DNA from: an uncultured delta proteobacterium
GTDB lineage: Bacteria; Desulfobacterota; Binatia; UBA9968
DNA length: 64,000 bases
Assembly: GCA_963737905.1 (NCBI GenBank)
Contig: CAVTUQ010000036.1
Coordinates: 1 to 64,000 of the forward strand
Reading direction: 5' to 3'
A program made the position numbers and the translations under genes. How positions within the stretch are numbered: the stretch's first letter is position 1; each line of letters starts with the position of its first letter. Shown in pieces: positions 21,914-32,195 of this stretch. The notes under the pieces are model-generated. The model saw only the letters and a program-made list of their open reading frames with translations. It made no database searches and was not told where the DNA came from.

Positions 21914-23482
21914 TCATTCGATTTCAAGAGCTTTTATTAGCTTCAAGAGATAACTTCTCCGGATACCCAGGAGCTTGGCTGCGGCGGCGCGGTTTCCGTG
22001 AGTTTGACTCAGCGCTCGCAGGACCACGTCTCGCTTGGTAGCGTCCATGGCTGCGCGATACGAAAAGGTATCGGAGTTTATTTTCGGTTCGGCGGCGATG
22101 ATTCGCTCCGGCAAATCATGGAGGGTAATCCGAGGTTCCGTCCCGGTTACAAGAGCTCGCTCAATTACATTGGCCAGCTCGCGCACGTTTCCCGGCCAGT
22201 CATAGCCGAGGAGCTTTTCCTGAGCGTCTACGGTGACCTCCGTGAAATTCTTCTTTGTTTCCAGGGAAAACCGCTGCAGAAAAAAATCGATCAGGGCGGG
22301 GATATCTTCCTTTCTTTCGCGCATGGGTGGTAGGGTAATAGGCACGACCTGAAGACGATGGTAGAGATCTTCACGGAAGCGCCCCTCACTGACGGCTCTG
22401 TCGAGGTTACGATTGGTCGCGGCGATAATTCTCACGTCCACGCGGATTGGTTTAAGGCCGCCGACCCGCTCGAACTCCCGTTCCTGGAGAAAGCGGAGGA
22501 GCTTGGCTTGAATCTCGGGTGAAATATCTCCGACTTCGTCCAGAAAGACGGTCCCGCTATCAGCCAGCTCGAGCTTGCCCTTTTTAAATTGGTGCGCTCC
22601 AGTAAAAGCGCCGCGCTCGTGGCCGAAAAGATCGCTCTCCAAAAGTTCCTTAGAGAGACCCACGCAGTTAATAGCGACAAAGGGATTTTCGCTTCGATCG
22701 CTCCAACGGTGAATGGCACGGGCAAAGAGCTCTTTGCCGGTTCCGCTTTCGCCCAGGAGCAACACGGTCGCTTTGCTCGCCGCCACCTTTTTAGCCAAAT
22801 CGACTGCCCGATTCATGCTGGCGCTCTTGCCCAAAATTAGCCGATAGCGGTCGCTTGTCTCTTCCGACAGCACCGCCACCTCTGTTCTTAGCCGTTTTTC
22901 GCGGGCGTAGACCTCGCGCGCCATGCCTTGGAACACCCTCGCCAACTGCCCTAGCTCGTCAGTTCTCTTGGCGACGTTCGTCAGGGTTTCCGGTTCGAAC
23001 ACTCCGGTCTCCACTGCCGCCGCCGCGCTGGTAACACGGGCGACGTTTTGCAAGTAGGCGACTTCCTGATCGCGGAGCCGCTTTTTTTCCAGGCAGGCTC
23101 CGATCCTGGCTCTCAGCAACACCGGGCTAAACGGCTTGGTGAGATAGTCCTCGGCTCCCATTTCAATACACCTTACGGCACTCTCGATTTCGTCCAAGGC
23201 TGAAAGCACGATGACGGGAATGTCACGCAGGTTTTGGTGAGACTTCAGATATTGGAGCACTTGATAGCCATCCATTTCGGGCATCAGGATATCGAGGAGC
23301 ACAAGGTCAAAGGGCTGTGCCTCGATCATCTCCAATGCCCGCCGTCCATTTTCGGCGACGAAGACTTTGTGTCCCTCCGCCTCGAGACGACCGGAGAGAA
23401 TTTTCCGGTTCGTCTCGTCATCGTCAACCACAAGCAAAGTCGGTTGAAGTGAGCCGGGTCTCGTTTCTGGGCTCTGCATCAT
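21914..23482 (-). CDS. sigma54-dependent response regulator (REC, HAMP-like linker, AAA+, Fis HTH)
   Basis: [30 protein letters not shown]-terminal HTH. Confidence 0.95.
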   Translation of the reverse strand: MMQSPETRPGSLQPTLLVVDDDETNRKILSGRLEAEGHKVFVAENGRRALEMIEAQPFDLVLLDILMPEMDGYQVLQYLKSHQNLRDIPVIVLSALDEIESAVRCIEMGAEDYLTKPFSPVLLRARIGACLEKKRLRDQEVAYLQNVARVTSAAAAVETGVFEPETLTNVAKRTDELGQLARVFQGMAREVYAREKRLRTEVAVLSEETSDRYRLILGKSASMNRAVDLAKKVAASKATVLLLGESGTGKELFARAIHRWSDRSENPFVAINCVGLSKELLESDLFGHERGAFTGAHQFKKGKLELADSGTVFLDEVGDISPEIQAKLLRFLQEREFERVGGLKPIRVDVRIIAATNRNLDRAVSEGRFREDLYHRLQVVPITLPPMRERKEDIPALIDFFLQRFSLETKKNFTEVTVDAQEKLLGYDWPGNVRELANVIERALVTGTEPRITLHDLPERIIAAEPKINSDTFSYRAAMDATKRDVVLRALSQTHGNRAAAAKLLGIRRSYLLKLIKALEIE

Positions 23483-23541
23483 AAGTTTACAGAGTTGGCA
23501 CAGAAGTCGTTCTCAATCTTTTTCACCAGCGGCGGTATAAC

Positions 23542-24545
23542 CTATTTCAATTCACTCATCGCTTTGCGTGCGAAGCTCAAGTCAGCGACTTCTGAGATCG
23601 AAACCTCTCGCGACACTTTTAGCGATTCTTTCGAATTGGTGATAAACTCCTGCATCGCGTCATCCGAAACAAGGCCGTTATCCGAATACAGATTGACCGC
23701 TTCATCATAGACCAAACCGGCCACCACTGGATCGTGGATTCCCGATTCTTTTGCCAGCAGTTTTATAAACTCGCCTTTGTTTTGCTTCAAAAAACGGTTG
23801 GCCATGAGCGCCGCTTTTACGGTCCGCAGAATCAAATCGGGCTCGCTGCGGATTTTTTGCACCGTGGTAACGAGACCGCCCTGGGGCGTCTTGATGACTT
23901 CTCGCAGGTGAACCAGTTCTCTGAAGCCCATTTTGACCGCCATTTTGTTGTAGGGCATCGTCATAATGGTGCCATCAATCTGTCCAGCTTGGAGAGCGCT
24001 TAGCCGTAAGGGATGGTTGCCAAATAAGGCTCGGAGTTTGACATCTACTTCAGGCACCAAACCATATTTTTTAAGCACTAGCCGTGCGCCTACGTCAGTA
24101 AATTCTCCCACGCCGGAGGTTGCCAAGGTTTTGCCTTTAAGATCTTCAACACGGCGAATATCGGGTCGCACGACGAGCGTGAAATCCTGGCCGACGGTCA
24201 ACGCCATGACGATGCGGAGAGGAAGACCATTCACGCTGGCGCGCGCCGCGGAAGCAAGAACGGTTGAGTAATCCAGATCTCCAGCCATCAATGTTTGCAG
24301 CGAAATGCTTGGCCGCATGACAATCAGCTCCGCGTCCAATCCCTGCGCGCGAAAGAAGCCGTAGCGCTGGGCCGCGATCAAGCCGAGATTGGGAACTCCC
24401 CGATTCGGCATGCCGATGCGAATCCGAGTAAGCGGCGTGCGCTCTTGACCGCAGACCGAAGACGACAGACCGGCGAGGAGAAGTGTCAGGATGGCCCCGA
24501 TGACGGTTCTTTTTTTCGGACCTCCGGAGCGCGTTTTGGATTCAT
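23542..24545 (-). CDS. ABC substrate-binding protein (NitT/TauT), frameshift in an A-run near the 5' end
   Basis: RIRIGMP, GFFRAQGLD, DLKGKTLA; signal peptide lies upstream of the track ORF. Confidence 0.82.
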
Positions 24546-24648
24546 CCCATAAGTCCTAACCGAGGCGTCCTGTCCGCGTCAAGACGAACCGATGGCACTT
24601 GATCATGATGGGTCTTCAAACTCTTGTCTGAAGCAGGACTCGGAGATT

Positions 24649-24736
24649 GCACCGCGGAGACGCGGAGGGCGCGGAGTAAAGAGTTCTTGGTTAAAAAATT
24701 CTCCGATCTCTGCGAAGTCGGTGCCTCTGCGGTGAA
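24649..24736. repeat. Palindromic intergenic repeat (CACCGCGGAGACGCGGAG...CTCTGCGGTG)
   Basis: Long imperfect hairpin; related copy at 25689-25776. Confidence 0.75.
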
Positions 24737-24770
24737 TCTTTCTTCACAGAAACTTGGAAAACCACGATAA

Positions 24771-24799
24771 TTGACTCAGCTAATGCCGAGTGCTAACGT
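24771..24799 (+). promoter_or_regulatory. Candidate sigma70 promoter
   Basis: TTGACT-N17-TAACGT with TG extension, ahead of RBS AAGGAGG and ATG 24826. Confidence 0.45.
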
Positions 24800-24825
24800 C
24801 CGGGCCAACAGAAGGAGGAGAAAAC

Positions 24826-25614
24826 ATGGATTCACAAATTCGCTATCTTGCCATCGTGAGCGAACATCCGGACACTTTGGCTCATTTTTACTCCACCTAC
24901 TTTGGGATGCGGGAGCTCGGCCGCTCCGACCTTGGGGAACGTTGCGCTCACTGACGGCTTCTACAATATCTCGATGCTGAAGCCGCAGGACGGCGCCGCA
25001 GAGCTGGGCATCAGCCACCTCGGGATCACCATCGACGATATCGATCAAATCGAAGCCCGGCTCAAAGACTTCGCGCCCGAGAACGGAGATTCGCCAAGAA
25101 GAGGGCGGTCTGTTCCACGGCGACTACTCTGTGACCGATCCCTACGGCCAGATCGTAAGCCTTTCCACTCATCAGTTTCACACCCCGAGGGTCGAGCGCA
25201 CGTTTCCGTGCATCCGCCACATCGCGGTATGCGTTCCCAACAATGATGAGGTGCTCGACTTCTATGTCAATGTCTTTGGCTTCCGCGAGTCGACGACGAG
25301 CAGGCGAATACGAGCCAATAACCGGGTCGTGCGCTGGGCAGCGGATGGCGAGACCGCCATGGCGATCCTGCCGGATCGCGACGCGCCGCGACATGAATGA
25401 ACGGGAAAGCCCGCGGGACGGCCTCAACCACTTTGGTTGGCTGGTGACCGATATCGAGCATTTCCTGAATTCTTTGCCGGAGGGCTGCATCAGTCAGCGA
25501 CCAAGCAGCCGGCCCATGGCCGAATACCGCGGCTTCGACCCGGACCGAAACCCCTTCGACATCTCGCAAGACAAGGGTTACGAGATCGACGTCGATCGCT
25601 GGGTGCATGGATAA
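24826..25614 (+). CDS. Two-domain VOC/glyoxalase family protein, frameshifted about three times
   Basis: IRYLAIVS...FYSTYFG; GISHLG; IRHIAVCV...FYVNVFG; GLNHFGW; DPDRNPFDIS. Confidence 0.8.
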
Positions 25615-25688
25615 CTCTCCGGTTGCGTGGTTTGAATTTAGTTTGTGCTCTGTTCCATCCACACTTAGCGTTTCTGTGAAGGATTATT

Positions 25689-25776
25689 CACTGCAGAGAC
25701 ACAGAGGGCGCAAAGCGTTTGTTCAAGATATATCCTTCATACAAACTTCTCCGCGATCTCAGCGCCTCCGCGGTGC
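25689..25776. repeat. Palindromic intergenic repeat, same family as 24649-24736
   Basis: CACTGCAGAGACACAGAGGGCGCA...CTCCGCGATCTCAGCGCCTCCGCGGTG. Confidence 0.75.
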
Positions 25777-25841
25777 AAGCTCCGAATCCTTTTTCGCTAC
25801 CAACTAGAATTTGCCACCGCGTCAAGAAAAGGAGTCGACAA

Positions 25842-26966
25842 ATGATTCAACGGTCCGCGTTCAGGCGGCCATTCAAATATAGTTGGTTAGTTGTTACCGT
25901 ACTTCTCTGCGCGGTGATCGCTCATTCAGCGGAGTCGCAAGATGAATGGAAGAAAACAGTCGAAGCGGCAAAAAAAGAAGCGAAAATCGTCGCCGGCGGT
26001 CCGCCCACCGCCGTATTGAGAAAACAATACAAGGAAACATTCGAACAAAAATTCGGTATTGAAATGGAACTGGTCTCTGCTCCGGGGCCGCAAAATGCCG
26101 GCAAGGCCGCCTCGGAATTCAAGGCCGGCGTCCGTTACTTCGACGTCCTCCACGGCGGTTCCGGCACGTTGGAGCCGCTCATGAACGAGAACATGCTCGC
26201 GCCGTTCGCGGAATACATGATTCTTTCCGAGGTCAAGGACCCGCGCCAGTGGTGGGGCGGGCACATGTGGGAAGACAATGTCAAAAACAATCGGTTCATT
26301 TATTCCTTTTCTGCGGATTTTTCGGTGCCGCCTTTTTTTAATGCCGATCTACTGAAGCCGGGCGAGATCAATTCTTACGACGATCTCTTGAGTGCCAAGT
26401 GGAAAGGCAAGATCGGCTTTTTCGAGCCTCGGGTTCCGAGCGCGGGCCAGGGACTGTGGGGATTCTTGATGAAAATAAAGGGCAAAGAGTTTTTGCAGAG
26501 ACTGGCCCAGCAAGATCTATTCATCAGCCGCGATGGCCAGCAGCTCGCCGTGGGCCTGGCCAAGGGAACACTCGTCATCGCTCTCGGTTTATCTCAACGC
26601 TTTGTCGATCCCTATATCAAGGCGGGCCTGCCGATAAAGGCGTTGAGCACCATCAAGGAAGGAATCAGCGGCAGCAATGGCTTCGGAACGGTGGCGGTGA
26701 TGCGAAACGCCCCCCATCCGAACGCCGCCAAAGTCTACATCAACTGGTTGCTCGGCAAAGAAGGCCAGGAGCTCTACAGCCGGGCATTGACCCAAGGCAC
26801 GCGCCGGCTCGACGTTGACACCCAATGGTTGGCCAAATTCAATACTCCCGCCGCGAAAGATGTGACGACGCCGGAGGAATACGAGAAAGTTCGCTTTTAC
26901 GGTGAAGATATCATTACCGAATGGCGCGAACCGGCGGGGGAATTTGCAAGAAAAATCCTTAAATAA
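25842..26966 (+). CDS. ABC extracellular solute-binding protein (Fe3+/thiamine-like cluster)
   Basis: VEAAKKE, DLLSAKWKGKI, NAPHPNAAKVYINWLLGKEGQ. Confidence 0.88.
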   Translation: MIQRSAFRRPFKYSWLVVTVLLCAVIAHSAESQDEWKKTVEAAKKEAKIVAGGPPTAVLRKQYKETFEQKFGIEMELVSAPGPQNAGKAASEFKAGVRYFDVLHGGSGTLEPLMNENMLAPFAEYMILSEVKDPRQWWGGHMWEDNVKNNRFIYSFSADFSVPPFFNADLLKPGEINSYDDLLSAKWKGKIGFFEPRVPSAGQGLWGFLMKIKGKEFLQRLAQQDLFISRDGQQLAVGLAKGTLVIALGLSQRFVDPYIKAGLPIKALSTIKEGISGSNGFGTVAVMRNAPHPNAAKVYINWLLGKEGQELYSRALTQGTRRLDVDTQWLAKFNTPAAKDVTTPEEYEKVRFYGEDIITEWREPAGEFARKILK

Positions 26967-26970
26967 CCGT

Positions 26971-29067
26971 ATGACCCGGTGGTGCGTGCCGTTTGCCATA
27001 GTGTTGGGTTTTCTTGCGACGCCGGCCGTGGCCGCCTCCGTGGCTTTCTATGCCGGCATGTTTGATCCTCCAACGCAGGGACAACTCCGAATGATTCGCT
27101 GCGCTCTGGGCGATGTCGGCAGCCACAGAGAATGCGAAGCCCTTGGTAAGCAAATTTCGCGCTTGGTGGTGTTGGTCAACGATGACATTGACAACGACAC
27201 CCTAGCTTCCTCGAGAGAACGGGTATTGATGTTAACGAAAGAGCTGCAAGAGCACGGTAACCGCGTTGAAATCGTCACGGCAACCAGCGCCCAAGCGGAG
27301 GAAAGAAAACGAGCCCTGCTTGCGGATAAAAATATTGACCAATTATTTCAGCTTGTTTCTGGAGACTCCTCTATAGAAAGCGTGAAAGACGCTACGAGTG
27401 ATAACGATGGCAAAATCGTGTGGGTCAACTTTCCGCTCGAGAAAGAGCACGGTGGGTTCAAGGCCGGCGCAGTAGTCGACCATTCCGTTGGCTTCGGCGT
27501 GATGCAGGTCATGGAGCAGTTAGGCCTCTACCAGGATATCGGCGAGGATCTCGCAGAGCTGCAAAGATCGTTATTCGAAGAGGGGTGGAAAGATTTTTTA
27601 GATGATCTCAAACTGGCTTGTCCCACTACTATCAGCGACAAGAACTGCGCTGAGCTGGCTTCTCATTGGGAGGCGATTCCCATCGTGACGAATAATGACG
27701 CGACACAAGAAAGATATCGCAAGGTGTCTTCAGCAGAGATGCAGCTAATCTACACTCCTTCTCAATCCGAGGACCGTTGGGCTGAAAAATTCGTTAAAAC
27801 GGCGCTGCAATTTGTGCGCGGATCTCAAGATTACAACAAGCTCAAGACCGTGGCAGACGATATGGCCGCGAAGGTTTTTCAGGACTACCCTTACGGCAGA
27901 CTGCCTCATCTTCGAAGGGTCTCCATCAAAGAGGACGCTTCATCGCTGAAGTTTTCAAAGATCAGGGAAAAGTCGGTTTCCTGCTCCACACCTGAGGGTT
28001 CGTATCTTGCTGATATGGATCAGTATCTTGCGGATCGTTTTCCCAAGGCCTTTTCAACTTTCCTGAAGGAAGGGGTAGGTCGCCGCTCAAATTTGCCCGT
28101 TGAGCTGTATGTGCATAACCACGCCGCCGAAGCGGCTTATGCATTTCACCGGCGTGATGGCTACACCACTTTCTATTTCCTCCAAACGCGGCGAGGCCAG
28201 TCCCATCGCAACATCTACCTCGCAGTAAAATCGCAGCCCCGCGCCTATCGAGTGGTCTTTACCAGCGTTCGAGGCAACGACCGGCAGGCCAATGTCCTTT
28301 GCCAAATTCAACGGACGCACATTTTTTTCCATTACCGCTTGGTTGAGTCCAGGGAAGCGGAGCCGCTGTTCGTGCTCAATGAGGCGGGGATGTCTTTGAG
28401 ACTGGATCCAAAGGATTTGCTGCTTTTTGGTTTTAAAGGAAACTGGACGAGAAGGTTGCGCGCGCACGGCTGGCGTCAACAGCCGCTTGTGCAGGAAGGA
28501 TTAGATATCGATCTTTTTACCCATCCGTCGATCGATCGGAAACTCGTTGTCGCACGCAACGTGTACGGCGATGATGGAGAAATCATTCTGGATACTTTTT
28601 ATAAGAAGGGCATGCGTCAGGTTATTTACCTGGGAAGTGCAGGGGCCATCGCGGATTATCGAGTCGGCGATGTAGTCATTCCCAATGAGTTTACGGATCC
28701 CAACCATACCATCGTGCCTTTTGAGAAAAATCTCGCTCGCGCTTATCAGCCGGAGCTGGCAAACTTGCTGAATGTTTACGCAGACAAAAAACATGGCTGG
28801 GTACAATCCCTCTTTGATGAAACCAAAGATCTGCTCCTGGATTGGCGGGCAAGATCGGTCGTATCTGTGGATGTCGAGGGGCTGCATCTGGCGAAATTCG
28901 CCAGAACTCATCCTGATCTCCACATGGCGGCCCTATTCGTCATCTCCGACGAAACCCTGGGTGACACAACGATCGATGAAACTATGGCTTTGCGAGGGAT
29001 TATCGATGAGTCCGTGGACAAGGTGATGTCCATTGTTTCTCCCAAAATAGTGAATCCCAACCATTGA
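26971..29067 (+). CDS. Secreted multidomain protein: CoaD/cytidylyltransferase-like N-terminus and nucleoside phosphorylase-like C-terminus
   Basis: Signal peptide; AFYAGMFDPPTQGQL resembles GxFDPxTxGH; YLGSAGA...VGDVVIP, VDVEG and LFVISD resemble PNP_UDP_1. Confidence 0.6.
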   Translation: MTRWCVPFAIVLGFLATPAVAASVAFYAGMFDPPTQGQLRMIRCALGDVGSHRECEALGKQISRLVVLVNDDIDNDTLASSRERVLMLTKELQEHGNRVEIVTATSAQAEERKRALLADKNIDQLFQLVSGDSSIESVKDATSDNDGKIVWVNFPLEKEHGGFKAGAVVDHSVGFGVMQVMEQLGLYQDIGEDLAELQRSLFEEGWKDFLDDLKLACPTTISDKNCAELASHWEAIPIVTNNDATQERYRKVSSAEMQLIYTPSQSEDRWAEKFVKTALQFVRGSQDYNKLKTVADDMAAKVFQDYPYGRLPHLRRVSIKEDASSLKFSKIREKSVSCSTPEGSYLADMDQYLADRFPKAFSTFLKEGVGRRSNLPVELYVHNHAAEAAYAFHRRDGYTTFYFLQTRRGQSHRNIYLAVKSQPRAYRVVFTSVRGNDRQANVLCQIQRTHIFFHYRLVESREAEPLFVLNEAGMSLRLDPKDLLLFGFKGNWTRRLRAHGWRQQPLVQEGLDIDLFTHPSIDRKLVVARNVYGDDGEIILDTFYKKGMRQVIYLGSAGAIADYRVGDVVIPNEFTDPNHTIVPFEKNLARAYQPELANLLNVYADKKHGWVQSLFDETKDLLLDWRARSVVSVDVEGLHLAKFARTHPDLHMAALFVISDETLGDTTIDETMALRGIIDESVDKVMSIVSPKIVNPNH

Positions 29068-29077
29068 GGATACGCCT

Positions 29078-29653
29078 ATGCTGAACCAAGATGAATGGAA
29101 GTTGGTGGATAATACGTCTCAAGGATACGTCGGCAAACACCGCAATGATCTCTGGGCGGAGCGGGATGGTAAATACGGCAAGGGAAATTGGCGGACGATT
29201 TGGCTCGTGCAAGGCAATTATCTTGAATACGTAGAAGCCTGCCGTCTGTATGAGGACGCATACTTCGAATATTTTAAGAAGCGCCCGGAGCTTTTGGATC
29301 ATTTGTTGGAGGTGGCTTCCGATGTTTATGACGACGATCCGAGCAACGTGGAGTCGGGCTTAGATTATAAAAAATGCGGCGCTGTCAGGACACACATACA
29401 AGACATTGCAATTAGAAATTGTCTGAAGCGTTTTGGTAGAGAATTTAAAGGAAACAAATTGATTCAAATAAGGGATAGAGTAGGGGAGCATCCTTTAAGT
29501 CTTGCTCTTTCGCCTGGCCAGGTTCCGTTTCATAAGCCGGAACTTGCGTCCTTTCCAGATAATCTGGAAGAAATCAGAAACAAAGCCTGGTGGCTGCCCT
29601 TGAGTGTTGAGGATTTCTATCAGCGGGCGAAAAGGCTAGTGGTGAAGAAATAA
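29078..29653 (+). CDS. Hypothetical protein, AT-richer than neighbours
   Basis: 191-aa ORF with RBS GAGG, 10 nt after the preceding stop. Confidence 0.75.
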   Translation: MLNQDEWKLVDNTSQGYVGKHRNDLWAERDGKYGKGNWRTIWLVQGNYLEYVEACRLYEDAYFEYFKKRPELLDHLLEVASDVYDDDPSNVESGLDYKKCGAVRTHIQDIAIRNCLKRFGREFKGNKLIQIRDRVGEHPLSLALSPGQVPFHKPELASFPDNLEEIRNKAWWLPLSVEDFYQRAKRLVVKK

Positions 29654-29659
29654 CAGAGA

Positions 29660-29845
29660 TTATTGCCGGGATACGTTGAGGTCGCGGCGGGCCTTTTCGA
29701 GAAAACTGTAATCGACGATCTCGGTGACTGTGAATGGCTGGACACCCATTCTGACTTTCTTCACGGCTGTTTGCGCAAGGATATTTCCATCTGCGATGAA
29801 GACGAGGAGGATCGATAAGCAAACGGTTCGAAGGTTTCTTTTCAC
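29660..29845 (-). pseudogene. Internally deleted NitT/TauT SBP remnant
   Basis: Signal peptide plus KKVRMG joined directly to the typical C-terminal EIVDYSFLEKARRDL. Confidence 0.65.
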
Positions 29846-29851
29846 TGCACC

Positions 29852-30865
29852 CTACTTTTTGCCCAGCTTCAGGCGTTCAACGGCTTTTTGTACGAAGGAT
29901 GAATCGAGAAAAGGCTTGGCATCGTGATTCTTGATTCCTTGCGGGTTGAAGCGCTCATGAAAGCCGGTGATCATGCTTTCGATGCCGGCCTCCCACGGCA
30001 TCGGTATGCCGTCGATGGCAGCGTATTGCTTCGCATAGGATTCGTAGGTCCGCTCGAGCAGCACCGGATCTTTCTGGCGGGTGAGCTCGGTGATCGCTTT
30101 GAAAGCGGTCTGCTTGTCGGTACGAAAGATCTTCATTCCCTCGATAACGGCGGTCATGTAATCTTCCACTACCTTTCGGTTTTTGTTGCGAAAGGTTTTG
30201 CTTACGGTATGAGGCACGCCCGCATAGGGCATCTTGAAATCGAGAAAATTGGCGAGCTCGCGAAAGCCGGCTTTTTCGAGATCATATTCGTTGGGAGGAT
30301 TCACGGCCACGCCGTCGATGAGGCCTTGCTTCATGGCGGCCGCCCGGCTCGGCACGCCACCGGCGAGATATACGATTTGCACGTCTTTCCCCGGCGCCAA
30401 CCCGAGTTTTTCCAAATACAGAATCGTAGCGTACTCATCGAGGCCCGCTCGTCCCGCGCCGAGCCGCTTGCCTTTTAAATCTTCAGCCGTCCGGATCGAA
30501 GCATTGACCATCATCCGTAGGGGCACATAACGAGTCTCGGTTGCGATGACTACGAGATCGAATCCTCCCGTGGCGATGGCCCGGGACACAGCCGTGCCGC
30601 CGCCGTAGAGGACCTGGATGTTGCCGCTTGCCAATGCCGGCATATATGTCGATGCGCCCTGCATCAGCACCATCTCGACGTCGAGATTGTATTTAGCGAA
30701 TATTCCCTCGCGCCTGGCGATCCAGCCGGGACAAAAAGTCGCTGCCGGAGATGCGTACACGACCACAAGTTTTGTCACTTCTCCGTAAGCCATTTGGAAC
30801 TTTGAAAGCATGGCAAGCGCGATCCACGTTACTAGAGCTTTTTTAGACACCGTTGATTTCCTCAT
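29852..30865 (-). CDS. ABC substrate-binding protein (NitT/TauT)
   Basis: GIFAKYNLDV, DLKGKRLG, FLDSSFV. Confidence 0.88.
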   Translation of the reverse strand: MRKSTVSKKALVTWIALAMLSKFQMAYGEVTKLVVVYASPAATFCPGWIARREGIFAKYNLDVEMVLMQGASTYMPALASGNIQVLYGGGTAVSRAIATGGFDLVVIATETRYVPLRMMVNASIRTAEDLKGKRLGAGRAGLDEYATILYLEKLGLAPGKDVQIVYLAGGVPSRAAAMKQGLIDGVAVNPPNEYDLEKAGFRELANFLDFKMPYAGVPHTVSKTFRNKNRKVVEDYMTAVIEGMKIFRTDKQTAFKAITELTRQKDPVLLERTYESYAKQYAAIDGIPMPWEAGIESMITGFHERFNPQGIKNHDAKPFLDSSFVQKAVERLKLGKK

Positions 30866-31158
30866 TCCGAAATGGGTCTCCTATACAACTTAGTCCGACC
30901 CCCAAGACAATGTCCAGCATAACACGGGGCCGGCGAATCTATTGACAAGGTTTCGTGGATTAATAACACAAAAGAAAAAGAGTTTGATATAAGAGTTTAA
31001 ATCGCATCGGTTCTCACCGCTGCAGGATAAAGGGCAAACCCCAATACTTCATGTCAATCTCTCTTTCACTGACAGCGCAACAAACGCGCAAACGACTTGA
31101 CGGTTGGGCAAGTCAAAGTCTAAAAGAAGAAACAGTCCATACGTGCTCGTGGGAAGGC

Positions 31159-32184
31159 ATGAAGAATTGTCTGATTAGACGATCGCGGCAACTGATCTGG
31201 GCTCTGGTCCTTTTGACTGCCACGCCGTGGATTTCCCACGGAGCCGAACCGGCAGCCTTTGCCAAGCCTGAGAAGAACCGTTTGGAGGTCGGTACTGCGG
31301 GGTCGGGAACGACGAGCCTCCCATTGTTCGTAGCGCTGGAGGCTGGCTATTTTGCCAAACATGGGCTTGCCGTGTCGGTCAATCAAGTCGGCGCAACCGT
31401 CGCGGTTCAGGGCATTATCTCGGGGACGATCGACATTTATCAGGGCGGCACCGCGGCCATCGCCGGGAACCTGGCGGGCGCGGACATTATTTACGCTGCT
31501 GCGGCTGTGGACCGCAACTCGCTCATTTTGTTTGGTCAGAAAGGCATTACATCTTTTGAGAGCCTGCGCGGCAAATCGATTGCAACGACTTTTCCGGGCG
31601 CCTTTGGAGAAATTGCCATCCGGATGACCGCAAGAAAAAATGGCATGGAAGTCGGCAAAGATATCAAGCTGCTCTATCATCGAAGCCCTTCGGAAGCCCT
31701 GTCGACTTTTCTTGTGGGAAATGCCGACGGTCTCATCATCACACCGCCCCAGACCGAGTTAGCCAAGCGACAAGGCTATCCGGTGATTATCGAATACTAC
31801 AAGGAAGGGTTGAAAATCACCGGCCCCGGCACGGCGGTGACGAGAGAGTTTTTTCAAAAATACCCGAATACGATCAAAGCCTATCTCATGGGTTACCTGG
31901 ATGGCCTGAAAAGAGCCATCGACGATGAACCCTACGCCAAGCAGATCGAGTCCAAGTATACAAAAATCTCTGACCCGAAGATTTTGAATGAGAATTACCA
32001 GCAAGGGTTAAGGGTTTGGAACAAAGATATGACCGTAGATCCGGCTGCGATCCGGGTTGTGCTGGAGGAATCCTCGGACCCCAAGGCCAAGAGCGCCGAT
32101 CCGAAAAGGTTCTATGACAATTCCCTCATCGAAGCCGTCAACCGACAATACGCATCCAGGCTATTTCCGGGGGAAGTGAGGTAA
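31159..32184 (+). CDS. ABC substrate-binding protein (NitT/TauT)
   Basis: GYFAKHGL, SLRGKSIA, FYDNSLI. Confidence 0.88.
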   Translation: MKNCLIRRSRQLIWALVLLTATPWISHGAEPAAFAKPEKNRLEVGTAGSGTTSLPLFVALEAGYFAKHGLAVSVNQVGATVAVQGIISGTIDIYQGGTAAIAGNLAGADIIYAAAAVDRNSLILFGQKGITSFESLRGKSIATTFPGAFGEIAIRMTARKNGMEVGKDIKLLYHRSPSEALSTFLVGNADGLIITPPQTELAKRQGYPVIIEYYKEGLKITGPGTAVTREFFQKYPNTIKAYLMGYLDGLKRAIDDEPYAKQIESKYTKISDPKILNENYQQGLRVWNKDMTVDPAAIRVVLEESSDPKAKSADPKRFYDNSLIEAVNRQYASRLFPGEVR

Positions 32185-32195
32185 GTAGATAGATC

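Noticed and set aside
24769-24796. GAGTGCTAA half-site suggesting a CIRCE element
   Set aside because: Left arm and spacing do not fit; better explained as part of a sigma70 promoter.
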